Shown piece after piece: positions 1-8,354 of a stretch of 64,000 bases of DNA. This DNA comes from an uncultured Gammaproteobacteria bacterium (GTDB taxonomy: Bacteria > Patescibacteriota > Microgenomatia > Levybacterales > UBA12049), in NCBI GenBank assembly GCA_964610465.1, contig CAZSWA010000003.1, positions 6,245 through 70,244 on the forward strand. The letters run 5' to 3'. Position 1 is the stretch's first letter. Every line of letters starts with the position of its first letter. Under the pieces are notes generated by a model. It worked only from the letters and a program-made list of their open reading frames with translations, was not told the origin of the DNA and ran no database searches. Made by a program: the position numbers and the translations under genes.

Positions 1-1
1 A

Positions 2-367
2 ATTGAATGGACTGATGGATCTATTCCGCCAGGACAAAGAGATGACTTTTTGTTTCAAGCACAAGTTCCAGCAAAAGCAACCACACTTAACTGGAAAGCT
101 TATCAGACATATTCTGATGGTAGTGTCGTAGCGTGGAATCATGACCCAAAGTTATCCAAAGGTCCAGACGATGACTCAGCACCACCACCATATTCAACTA
201 CCAAAGTAATAAATGATCTTACGGGTTCCCAAAATGAACTTACTATGACAAATACCAGTACAATGCCGAATAATTCCCAAAACATGAATTTCCCGCTTGA
301 ATTAAGTATCATTGCACTTGCTTTATCAGTTGTCTCACTTGGAATAATTCTTCGAAAAAGAGGTTAA
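2..367 (+). CDS. YcnI/DUF1775-like secreted protein, C-terminal fragment (5' end outside window), C-terminal TM anchor
   Basis: Reading frame is open from position 2. The 'IEWTDGSIPPGQRDDFLF...LNWKAYQTYSDGSVVAWNHDP' segment matches the YcnI-family conserved block (TWTGG-IPpgefdeF...Q.y.dGtvv.W). A hydrophobic C-terminal helix precedes the stop. Confidence 0.5.
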   Translation: MEWTDGSIPPGQRDDFLFQAQVPAKATTLNWKAYQTYSDGSVVAWNHDPKLSKGPDDDSAPPPYSTTKVINDLTGSQNELTMTNTSTMPNNSQNMNFPLELSIIALALSVVSLGIILRKRG

Positions 368-451
368 CAAGGTATATGGATGTTTGGATATAATCCAGCT
401 ACCAGTTTTTTTAAAAAACTCTAGAATTCTTATGTAATTGCCGTCTTTAGT

Positions 452-775
452 TCACTCATCAAGAATAAATGTTCTGCCTAGAGTGAGCTTTTTTTCAAGT
501 TGTCTTCGCTGTATTCTTGCTATTCGTTCTTTTTTCTTTTCCTGCTCTCTATATATTCGTTGTGCATATGACCCTTGTGGTACATAATATTTGCTAAACT
601 CATTAATTGCTTCAAGCTTATTAGATTTTCTAATTTGAGTCTGAGGCGGAGCTTCAAAAATCTGTTTTTCTTCTGGATTGATTTGAGGCTCAACTAGTTT
701 AAGATGAGACCTACTTCGTTCTGTTTTCCCAAGAATATCTCTACCCACTGAGGGTATCAGTTCTGGAATTGCCAT
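452..775 (-). CDS. hypothetical protein (107 aa, basic/charged)
   Basis: ORF only; no recognisable motif. Confidence 0.35.
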   Translation of the reverse strand: MAIPELIPSVGRDILGKTERSRSHLKLVEPQINPEEKQIFEAPPQTQIRKSNKLEAINEFSKYYVPQGSYAQRIYREQEKKKERIARIQRRQLEKKLTLGRTFILDE

Positions 776-838
776 ATACTTATTATAGAGGTAGATTTTA
801 TAAATACAATATACTATCTCAGCTATAAAAATCTTTTT

Positions 839-1123
839 TTACGCAGTTTTTTTGAGCTGCAGGCCTCTACGGTTGCTTCTTCTTTTACGGTTCTCTTCTG
901 CTCGTTCTTCTCTTTCTTTTATTATCTTGTCTTTTTTGTCTTTTGCTTCTTTTATGTCTTTATCAACCTCTTTTTGACATGCTGGATTGGGACAGATATA
1001 GTTAGTATGCTCAACTCTCATTTTCTTTCCTGAAAAGGTAGGTATCCACTCTACCCAGGTTTTTGATGCAACTCTTTCCTGCCCACAATTTACACAAGGA
1101 TTAATAGACTTAACTGTATTCAT
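839..1123 (-). CDS. small zinc-ribbon protein (CxxC...CPxxC) with Lys/Arg/Glu-rich tail
   Basis: Has 'CVNCG' and 'CPNPAC' Cys pairs and a highly charged C-terminus. Confidence 0.45.
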   Translation of the reverse strand: MNTVKSINPCVNCGQERVASKTWVEWIPTFSGKKMRVEHTNYICPNPACQKEVDKDIKEAKDKKDKIIKEREERAEENRKRRSNRRGLQLKKTA

Positions 1124-1158
1124 ATATCTATAAATTCTTTTAAGCTTAACGCTTAGAT

Positions 1159-1458
1159 TTAATATCTATTTCTTTTTGATTGATAAGTATTACCTCTATT
1201 TGGTCTATCTTCTTGAGGTATTGCTTCTTTGACAACGATAGTACGATTACTAAACATGGTATTATTTAATGTATCCATTGCCTTTTTTGCTTCCTCTTCT
1301 GACGCCATTTCAACAAATCCAAAGCCTTTCCCTTGACCGGAATATCTATCTGTAATAACTTTTGCTGAAACTACACTACCAGCTTGTGAAAAATACTCTT
1401 GGAGCTGAGAATCAGTAACACTATATGCGAGACCGCCTACGAATAATTTATTTGACAT
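1159..1458 (-). CDS. RNA-binding protein with RRM domain (RNP-1 KGFGFVEM, RNP-2 LFVGGL)
   Basis: Both canonical RNP-1 and RNP-2 motifs are present. A GGAGG SD sits upstream on the minus strand. Confidence 0.85.
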   Translation of the reverse strand: MSNKLFVGGLAYSVTDSQLQEYFSQAGSVVSAKVITDRYSGQGKGFGFVEMASEEEAKKAMDTLNNTMFSNRTIVVKEAIPQEDRPNRGNTYQSKRNRY

Positions 1459-1721
1459 TTTCCATTCCTCCTTTCCTGAAAAATATAATTAATGGAATAA
1501 ATCGGCTTAAGAAAGATGCAGATATGGTTAGAGGAAAAGACATAGTTTTATTTATATCTTTCACTTTACTAACAAAAATCAATTCAGTATTAAGCAGATA
1601 TATTCCTTCAATCTGCTAATATATAGTATACCAGAATAGTAAGTATAAAGCAAAAATAACGTACTGTTCGAGCGTAATGAAATGAAGTCCCAAACTAAAA
1701 TTAGAAATAATTACAGCATCT

Positions 1722-2081
1722 TTATCTTTCACTTCTCCAAAGAGATTTATCAAGAAACGCTAGGATTGCCTGTTTTGCTTCATTTGCCGTTTTGTAGTCT
1801 CCTTTATTTTCAATTGTTTCAATCTTTCTTTTGGAAATCTGTTCTATGCCATATACGACATGTACTTTATATCTGCCAATTCCATTGTGCAGTTTTCTGG
1901 CAATTGAAATAGCCTTTTGTGGACTTACGGCTCTGTAGGATTTTTTGTTGATGGAAATATAGGTTTTTGGTATTTTTACTCTCTTCCCGATTCTTTTTTT
2001 CACTTTCCTAATCCTTCTCATCCAAACCACCTTTCTTCTCCAATTAGTAAGGATTGTAGCACAAATTAGCCACAAAACCAA
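1722..2081 (-). CDS. hypothetical small basic protein (start uncertain)
   Basis: ORF only; Lys/Arg-rich N-terminus. The true start may be an internal Met. Confidence 0.3.
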   Translation of the reverse strand: MVLWLICATILTNWRRKVVWMRRIRKVKKRIGKRVKIPKTYISINKKSYRAVSPQKAISIARKLHNGIGRYKVHVVYGIEQISKRKIETIENKGDYKTANEAKQAILAFLDKSLWRSER

Positions 2082-2087
2082 GCTAAG

Positions 2088-3779
2088 CTATTTTATTTTA
2101 CGGTTTAGAAAATAGGAATTAAGAAAGAAAAATACCATAAAGAAAAATGTAAAAAATGAAATATCCTCTGCCATAGTCCTCACAAGTGTGTTGGCAAATT
2201 TTACCTCAACTGTATGCTTTCCTTTTGGAATTTGTATTGTCATGGACCCATCTTTGGTTCGTTGGACTGCAGCTGGTATTTTATCAATTTTTGCAGACCA
2301 ACCAGGAAAATATGCTGTTTGTAATAAAACTTTCGCATCATTGGTAACTGAAACAGTAAATATATAATAAGTTGGTATAAATTGTACATCAGAAATTTGG
2401 GCTAGTCCTTTTATAATTTGGATTTTGGAGCTTTCTTTCTTCATAGGTACTGACTTTATCCAAATGGTATTAAATACATTCCCCGGGCTATTGGTTCCAT
2501 CAATAAAATTTGAGCGGGTCGTGTAATATGTATCTTGTCTATAGAGATAATGATCAGGTTTATTGTATCCAAGGCACAAAAAAATACATCCTATGACCAT
2601 AACAGCAATCAGGATTTTTGATTTTAGCGTGTATGCATTGCCTTTCCTTTGGCACAAGATATAGCAGACACTTGCTGCCAGAAAAGAGCAAATGAGTATC
2701 TCAAGACTTAAAAGTCTCCAGGGAAACTGAAAATAATGCATAAGAGGAACACTTTGCCAGATTGAATATGATGATGGCAGCATTAGAGAAAATACGACAA
2801 GAAATGCAATCAAAAAAAAGAAAGAGATTCTAAAAAGTATATTTTTTCTTCTGAAAAGGATAATCGTTGTAATAATACTTGCAAGAAATATCAAGAGATT
2901 GGCAACTCCTATTTGTACAGACATTTCGTCAGATAGAGTGATTCCAAAAATTCCAGAACCCCAGGATGGAAATAGCAGCTGATATAAATCAGGGAAATTA
3001 TTTCGTAAATCAAACACTTGTAATCCTTTCACATATCCTGTTTCCAAAAGCGCAGGCAGCCAAAAGATTGCAGACAAGGCAAGACCTAAAAGAATAACTA
3101 TCCCTGAAATTGCTAAACCTTTTATTATGTCTTTTGTCTGAAAAATTAAAAATATGATATAAAAAAGTGTGAAAATAAAAAAGACAAGACCCAAGATGTT
3201 GTGTGAAAAAATAATAAGTGCGAGAAGTCCAGCTGACGGAAAAAGATAGAGCTTATTTTTTTTAAAAAACAGTTTTGTAATGGTATATAAAAAGGCAGGA
3301 AATAATGCAAGCGCCCATACCTCGCCTACCGAACCTCTGATATATGTATCAACAAAAAAATAAGGTGAAAAGGTATAAAATACCGCGCCAACAAATCCAG
3401 CTGCATCGTCAAAAAATTCTCTTGTCCAAAAATAAAAACTTATTCCGGCTATAAAGAAAGCCACAAACATATTGAGTTTAAAAGCATCAATAAAACTTAC
3501 CCCAAACACATGAAGAAATGCTGCAAAATAATTTGGAAATGGATAAACATAATTAAAAAGCGGAATACCATATCCTGCATTAAAATCAGCTGCCCATCTA
3601 GGATACCAGTCACCAGCCGATAATGTTTTATAAAATTCATAAAACCTTAACACATGATACTCACCGTCATGTGTTGGCATCATACCAGCATGGAGTAAAG
3701 CAAAAGATGCAAAGAGAATAATTGGCAAAAGAAGCAGCAAATAGATATGCTTAAAAAGTAATTTGAATACGCTCATCAT
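2088..3779 (-). CDS. polytopic membrane protein, putative GT-C fold glycosyltransferase (PMT/ArnT-like)
   Basis: At least 10 predicted TM helices. The N-terminal loop 'HDGEYHVLRFYEF' resembles the DE-loop motif of GT39/GT83 enzymes. Transcribed divergently from the next large membrane protein. Confidence 0.45.
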   Translation of the reverse strand: MMSVFKLLFKHIYLLLLLPIILFASFALLHAGMMPTHDGEYHVLRFYEFYKTLSAGDWYPRWAADFNAGYGIPLFNYVYPFPNYFAAFLHVFGVSFIDAFKLNMFVAFFIAGISFYFWTREFFDDAAGFVGAVFYTFSPYFFVDTYIRGSVGEVWALALFPAFLYTITKLFFKKNKLYLFPSAGLLALIIFSHNILGLVFFIFTLFYIIFLIFQTKDIIKGLAISGIVILLGLALSAIFWLPALLETGYVKGLQVFDLRNNFPDLYQLLFPSWGSGIFGITLSDEMSVQIGVANLLIFLASIITTIILFRRKNILFRISFFFLIAFLVVFSLMLPSSYSIWQSVPLMHYFQFPWRLLSLEILICSFLAASVCYILCQRKGNAYTLKSKILIAVMVIGCIFLCLGYNKPDHYLYRQDTYYTTRSNFIDGTNSPGNVFNTIWIKSVPMKKESSKIQIIKGLAQISDVQFIPTYYIFTVSVTNDAKVLLQTAYFPGWSAKIDKIPAAVQRTKDGSMTIQIPKGKHTVEVKFANTLVRTMAEDISFFTFFFMVFFFLNSYFLNRKIK

Positions 3780-4011
3780 TTATGTTTATAGTAGCATATT
3801 TTGGGCAATTTTGGGGTGTAACAAAAATATATCTCATCCGTTATATAATATAGCTGTTTTTATCTATAACTTTACCTCCGCTTTTGTGGTAGAATTATAA
3901 ATTGTTTCTGAGGAATTTATCTTCGTAATTTTCCTTCTGTAATAATTTACTGTTTAGGAATAATTATTCATTCACGAATCTCGAATTTATCTTGCTATAT
4001 CATGAATTATA

Positions 4012-6030
4012 TTGTATATGCGAATAAGTAAATATACTTTTTTGTTTTGGGATTTTATAAACCTCTCTATTCTTCTACTCATTTCTCTTTTTCTCATTTC
4101 TTTCTATTTTAAAGCACATTATATACAAACAAATTATCCTGATTGGATAGTGCATGCTTTTAGAATAAAACTAATAAAAGAGTATGGATTAACTTCTTGG
4201 ACTCATATGTGGTCAAATGGTATTAGCATTTGGAGATCGTATCAATTTATCCCACATTATATTACAATTGGAATCTCTGATATTTTTCACGTAGATGTAT
4301 TACGTGGTATGGTGCTCACTACAATCACTTGCTTCATTTTGTTTCATATGGTTACGTACTGCATATTACGATTATTACAATTTTCTCAACTTGCATCCTT
4401 TATATGTGCCATATTAACATTTGATATTGCTCAGTATTGGGGAGGGTTAAGTGATTATTCTCTCCTGTTTGCATTTACTTTTTTTCCACTTTATTTATTT
4501 CTTTTTGTGAAATATTATCAGGGGAAAATCGGTTTATTATTTCCTTATATAATAGGACTTGGATTCTACATACATCCGCTTTTGGCAGTATACTCAACTG
4601 TACTTTGGATAACAGCGCTTGTTTTTTCTCGCAGGAAACTTCTTAGTATCACAACCTTTACTCAAATTATTGTTTTTCTTGCAGCTTCTACATTATTTTG
4701 GTTTCCATTAATTTTTAAAGGTTCTTATGCCTATTCTTCGAGTACATTTGCAACTGAAGACTTTCTGAAAATGGTGATTAACGGTTATAGTTATCTTGGA
4801 TTAAGTATATTTCTTTTTGTTGCTTTAGCTATCACTGCATTTAGAATGTTTGCTCCTTTACCCAAAAAATTTATCTGGGCGAAGACCTTATTTATTTATA
4901 TAACTACATTCTTAGTATTAATTATAATTGGAATAAATGCCTCTCTCCCAAAATTTATTGACCAGTTTCAATATACAAGAGGTGTTACTATGATCGGTAT
5001 AGCAATTATCTTTACGTTTGCGACCTTTCTTGATTCCTATATATATAAATCTATTTTATTAAAAACTCTTGCTATTTTTTTCTCATCACTTGTTTTAGTA
5101 GAAGGACTTTGGTTTACAAGTATTTATTCACCACAACCAGCAAAAGATAATCTTGAAAGTCCTATTCCACAATTTTTGAAAATAAGTAATGCAGTAAAGA
5201 ATAACAGTGGGCGTTTATGGGTACCAAATATTGATATTTCAAGCTTTATGGCATTAAAAAGTATGCAATTCCCCTATTCATATATGGAACATCTTGAATC
5301 AAACCAAATTCCACCTCGGATATATTCACTTATTCTTTACAGTCCTTTTCTTGATAATATTCCTTCTTCTAATATAAGTCGTATTGATGATTATTTTAAA
5401 ATTACGGGAACGAAGTATGCGATATTTGATGAATTATCACCATTTACTACTGCCTTTAAAGTATATGCAAATCCACAGTATATTGATTTAGGTAAAATAG
5501 AATTACCCCATCAAATCTATCATGTCTTTGAAGCGCCATGGGAATTGCGAAACGCAGTACTTATCAATTCTCAGTATCAAAAAGATATGATGCATTTCCC
5601 ATTCAATCTGGAATTAAGTGATGTGAATGATCAAATTGCACTTGATGATTATGTCAAAAATTTTGATAATGTACTTTACCAGAGCAATAATGTACCCCTT
5701 AGTATTAATTACCCGACTCAGGATTCTATTGAAGTCAAAATTCCAGACAAGAGAAAATCCAATATGGTGTATATAAATGAAAGTTATGATGCATCATGGA
5801 AAGCAATTTTTGATAATAAAGTCCAAAGTATAAAACCAGCAGGACCAAATTATATGCTGGTTACTCTTAACTCTCTCAATAATGGCGGTATTCTGATACT
5901 TAAGCATTACTGGCCGTTATCATTTTATGTCTCTATTTATTTTATTCTTCTTATCCCTATCCTTCTTGCTACAACAGCAATTATGAATAAAATATTGTAC
6001 TTTGCCAAAAAGGAGGAGGTCTATGCATAG
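4012..6030 (+). CDS. large polytopic membrane protein, putative GT-C type glycosyltransferase
   Basis: 672 aa with many TM helices in the N-terminal half and a soluble C-terminal domain. The stop overlaps the start region of the downstream GT2. Confidence 0.35.
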   Translation: MYMRISKYTFLFWDFINLSILLLISLFLISFYFKAHYIQTNYPDWIVHAFRIKLIKEYGLTSWTHMWSNGISIWRSYQFIPHYITIGISDIFHVDVLRGMVLTTITCFILFHMVTYCILRLLQFSQLASFICAILTFDIAQYWGGLSDYSLLFAFTFFPLYLFLFVKYYQGKIGLLFPYIIGLGFYIHPLLAVYSTVLWITALVFSRRKLLSITTFTQIIVFLAASTLFWFPLIFKGSYAYSSSTFATEDFLKMVINGYSYLGLSIFLFVALAITAFRMFAPLPKKFIWAKTLFIYITTFLVLIIIGINASLPKFIDQFQYTRGVTMIGIAIIFTFATFLDSYIYKSILLKTLAIFFSSLVLVEGLWFTSIYSPQPAKDNLESPIPQFLKISNAVKNNSGRLWVPNIDISSFMALKSMQFPYSYMEHLESNQIPPRIYSLILYSPFLDNIPSSNISRIDDYFKITGTKYAIFDELSPFTTAFKVYANPQYIDLGKIELPHQIYHVFEAPWELRNAVLINSQYQKDMMHFPFNLELSDVNDQIALDDYVKNFDNVLYQSNNVPLSINYPTQDSIEVKIPDKRKSNMVYINESYDASWKAIFDNKVQSIKPAGPNYMLVTLNSLNNGGILILKHYWPLSFYVSIYFILLIPILLATTAIMNKILYFAKKEEVYA

Positions 6031-7510
6031 GATAAAACCCAATCATATTCCAAATACTGCATTATTATTTATGCTTATTGCGCCGTTTACGATTCTTTTT
6101 TATGCGTCATATGTATTTAATCCTGAAAATGCGGGCAATATCTATCTGTACGCGGTCCAAATACTTGCAGACACTATCGCAATAATCACAATTGGCACAC
6201 TGTGGCTCACAATTCTTCTTGATATTATCCAACCCGAATATCATAAAAGAGATTTAAAGTATCACAAATCATGGCTTGAAGAAGAAAAACCAACAGTAGA
6301 TATCCTGATTCCAGTGGTCGATGAACCGATTGAAATTATCAAAAATACTCTTACCCATGCAACAAAAGTTGAGTATGCTCATAAAATATATATTCTTGAT
6401 GATGGCAATTCGCCAGAAGTCAGAAGACTTGCAGCCGCACTTCATGTAAAATATATTGCACGACCAGAACATAGAAAAAAACATGCCAAATCAGGAAATT
6501 TAAATTATGCACTCAAGGAGTGTACAGGAGAATTTTTTGCAGTATTTGACGCTGACCATGCTCCAAAAAAAGATTTTCTTATTGAAGTTTTGCCATTTTT
6601 TGAAAATGAAAAAGTAGCACTTGTCCAAACTCCGCAGTTTTATATTAACAAAGATAATTTTATCGCGGAAGGCACTTCTGAAGCACAAGAAATATTTTAT
6701 AAATACATTCAACCTGCAAAAAATAGTTATAATGCTACATTTTGTGTAGGTACCAATATGGTCTATAGACGTTCTGCAATTGATGAGATCGGGGGCATCC
6801 CGTTACTTAATCACTCAGAAGATATCTGGGCAACTATTCTTCTTCATGAAAAAAGATATGAATCAGTGTTTTATAATAAAATTTTAGCTGAAGGACGCGC
6901 ACCTGAATCAATTAGCTCTTTTTTCAGACAACAAAATAGATGGGCGCAGGGAGGATTTTCTATGTTTTTTATGCATAACCCGCTATTTATCCCTGATTTA
7001 ACGCTTGATCAAAAATTACAATATCTATTTTCCAATATCCATTATTTTAGCGGTTTTTCAATGCTTATCTACTTGCTTTTACCAATAGTGTATCTTTTAT
7101 TTGGAATTCATCCTATGGATGTGCTTCATAATAATAGCTGGTTAATCCATTACATTCCATACTTTATTACTGTATATTCACTGCCGCTTTTTCTACTCAA
7201 CAAATTTAAAATTTCAACTATTAGTGTGTCGCTTGCGAGTTTTGCTCCTTATCTAAAAGCTTTCATTTCAACAATTCTTAGAAATAATTATAAATGGATA
7301 GCAACAGAATCCAGGAAAAAACAATTTAGTGTTATAATGCTTCAGATATGGCCGCATGTGTTTATTATCACATTATCATTTTTGGGAATACTTGTCGGCT
7401 GGTACAATCCTGTTGATTTTACCACCACACTTGTGACAACATTTTGGGTTTTTATCAATGCGTACTTCTTGTTTATTTTTTTGAAAAATGGAATCCTGGC
7501 AAAAACTTAG
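6023..7510 (+). CDS. processive family-2 glycosyltransferase, cellulose/curdlan synthase-like (no PilZ domain)
   Basis: Motifs ILDDGNS (DDG), VFDADH (DxD), SEDIW (TED) and QQNRWAQG (QxxRW) are present. Multiple C-terminal TM helices. AGGAGGAGG SD at 6011-6019 lies upstream of the ATG at 6023, which is preferred over the ORF-track start at 6002. Confidence 0.85.
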   Translation: MHRIKPNHIPNTALLFMLIAPFTILFYASYVFNPENAGNIYLYAVQILADTIAIITIGTLWLTILLDIIQPEYHKRDLKYHKSWLEEEKPTVDILIPVVDEPIEIIKNTLTHATKVEYAHKIYILDDGNSPEVRRLAAALHVKYIARPEHRKKHAKSGNLNYALKECTGEFFAVFDADHAPKKDFLIEVLPFFENEKVALVQTPQFYINKDNFIAEGTSEAQEIFYKYIQPAKNSYNATFCVGTNMVYRRSAIDEIGGIPLLNHSEDIWATILLHEKRYESVFYNKILAEGRAPESISSFFRQQNRWAQGGFSMFFMHNPLFIPDLTLDQKLQYLFSNIHYFSGFSMLIYLLLPIVYLLFGIHPMDVLHNNSWLIHYIPYFITVYSLPLFLLNKFKISTISVSLASFAPYLKAFISTILRNNYKWIATESRKKQFSVIMLQIWPHVFIITLSFLGILVGWYNPVDFTTTLVTTFWVFINAYFLFIFLKNGILAKT

Positions 7511-7533
7511 TATAATGAATAAATAGTAATAGT

Positions 7534-8316
7534 ATGAAAAAATTTGCAAGTTTATTTTTAAATTTTATTTTCTTCAGTATTGTGATTCTTCTTGCATTTG
7601 TCATCGCAACAATTGCATTGACAAAAAAAGTCAATGAATATGCACACCGCTATAATCAAAGTATCAAAGGAACAGTAATCAAAGAAACTATTCCAGTCCT
7701 TTCATCAGGAAGCGGAATTGTGAAAAAGATCTATGTCCAAACAGGCCAAGTGGTCAAAAAAGATGACATGTTGATAGAACTTGATAATCAGGTTTTACAA
7801 AATAAAATTGATGTACTCAAACAATATACAGATAATGTCTCAGCCCAAACTGAAGCGCAAATTGCAGAGCAGGAATTGGGAAATCTTAAAATAACTGCAC
7901 CAACTGACGGGATGATAGGAGATATTACTGTTACTGAAGGAACACCTGTTGAAATAACCAATAAATTACTTACGCTTTATTCCAATAAAAATATACGCCT
8001 TTTGGCAGGGTTAACAGTAGATGAATATCAGGCAATTAAAAATATGCAGCAAATCCAAGCCTATGATGAAAGACTCAATCAAAGTTTTTATATTATTCCC
8101 GATATTCTCAATCCCAATGAAAATACTGCAACAGATGTGTCAACCAGTATAACAGAAAAGAAAATCGGATTATTTTTCAAATTTCAGGATCCAAATGATG
8201 CACTCAGTCTTTTAAACGATGAAGATCTAACTCTTGAATTAAACACACAAAATCAAAAAATAAACAAACCAATTGATTACTTTGTCAATTTCTGGAATCA
8301 GTTATTATCAAAGTAA
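7534..8316 (+). CDS. HlyD-like periplasmic adaptor / membrane-fusion protein (biotin-lipoyl-like fold)
   Basis: N-terminal TM helix; 'GSGIVKKIYVQTGQVVKKDDMLIELD' lipoyl-like hairpin; coiled-coil segment; 'ITAPTDGMIGDI' second half-barrel. Confidence 0.55.
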   Translation: MKKFASLFLNFIFFSIVILLAFVIATIALTKKVNEYAHRYNQSIKGTVIKETIPVLSSGSGIVKKIYVQTGQVVKKDDMLIELDNQVLQNKIDVLKQYTDNVSAQTEAQIAEQELGNLKITAPTDGMIGDITVTEGTPVEITNKLLTLYSNKNIRLLAGLTVDEYQAIKNMQQIQAYDERLNQSFYIIPDILNPNENTATDVSTSITEKKIGLFFKFQDPNDALSLLNDEDLTLELNTQNQKINKPIDYFVNFWNQLLSK

Positions 8317-8354
8317 TACAGCAAATAAAACATCGGTAATTAACTTAAAATAAT

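Noticed and set aside
1425-1912. Plus-strand ORFs 1425..1619 and 1682..1912
   Set aside because: They overlap the RRM protein gene start and the 1722..2081 ORF. Their composition is typical of intergenic or antisense AT-rich sequence. An AGCAGAT...ATCTGCT hairpin at 1593..1617 was noted in the RRM gene leader but could not be tied to a function.
6269-6712. Minus-strand ORFs 6269..6484 and 6500..6712 inside the GT2 gene, and similar antisense or embedded ORFs listed on the track elsewhere (e.g. 14248..14439, 18405..18650, 37581..37881, 41079..41378, 49258..50396, 53491..54151)
   Set aside because: Each lies inside and antisense to, or out of frame with, a confidently identified gene. They are low-complexity translations.
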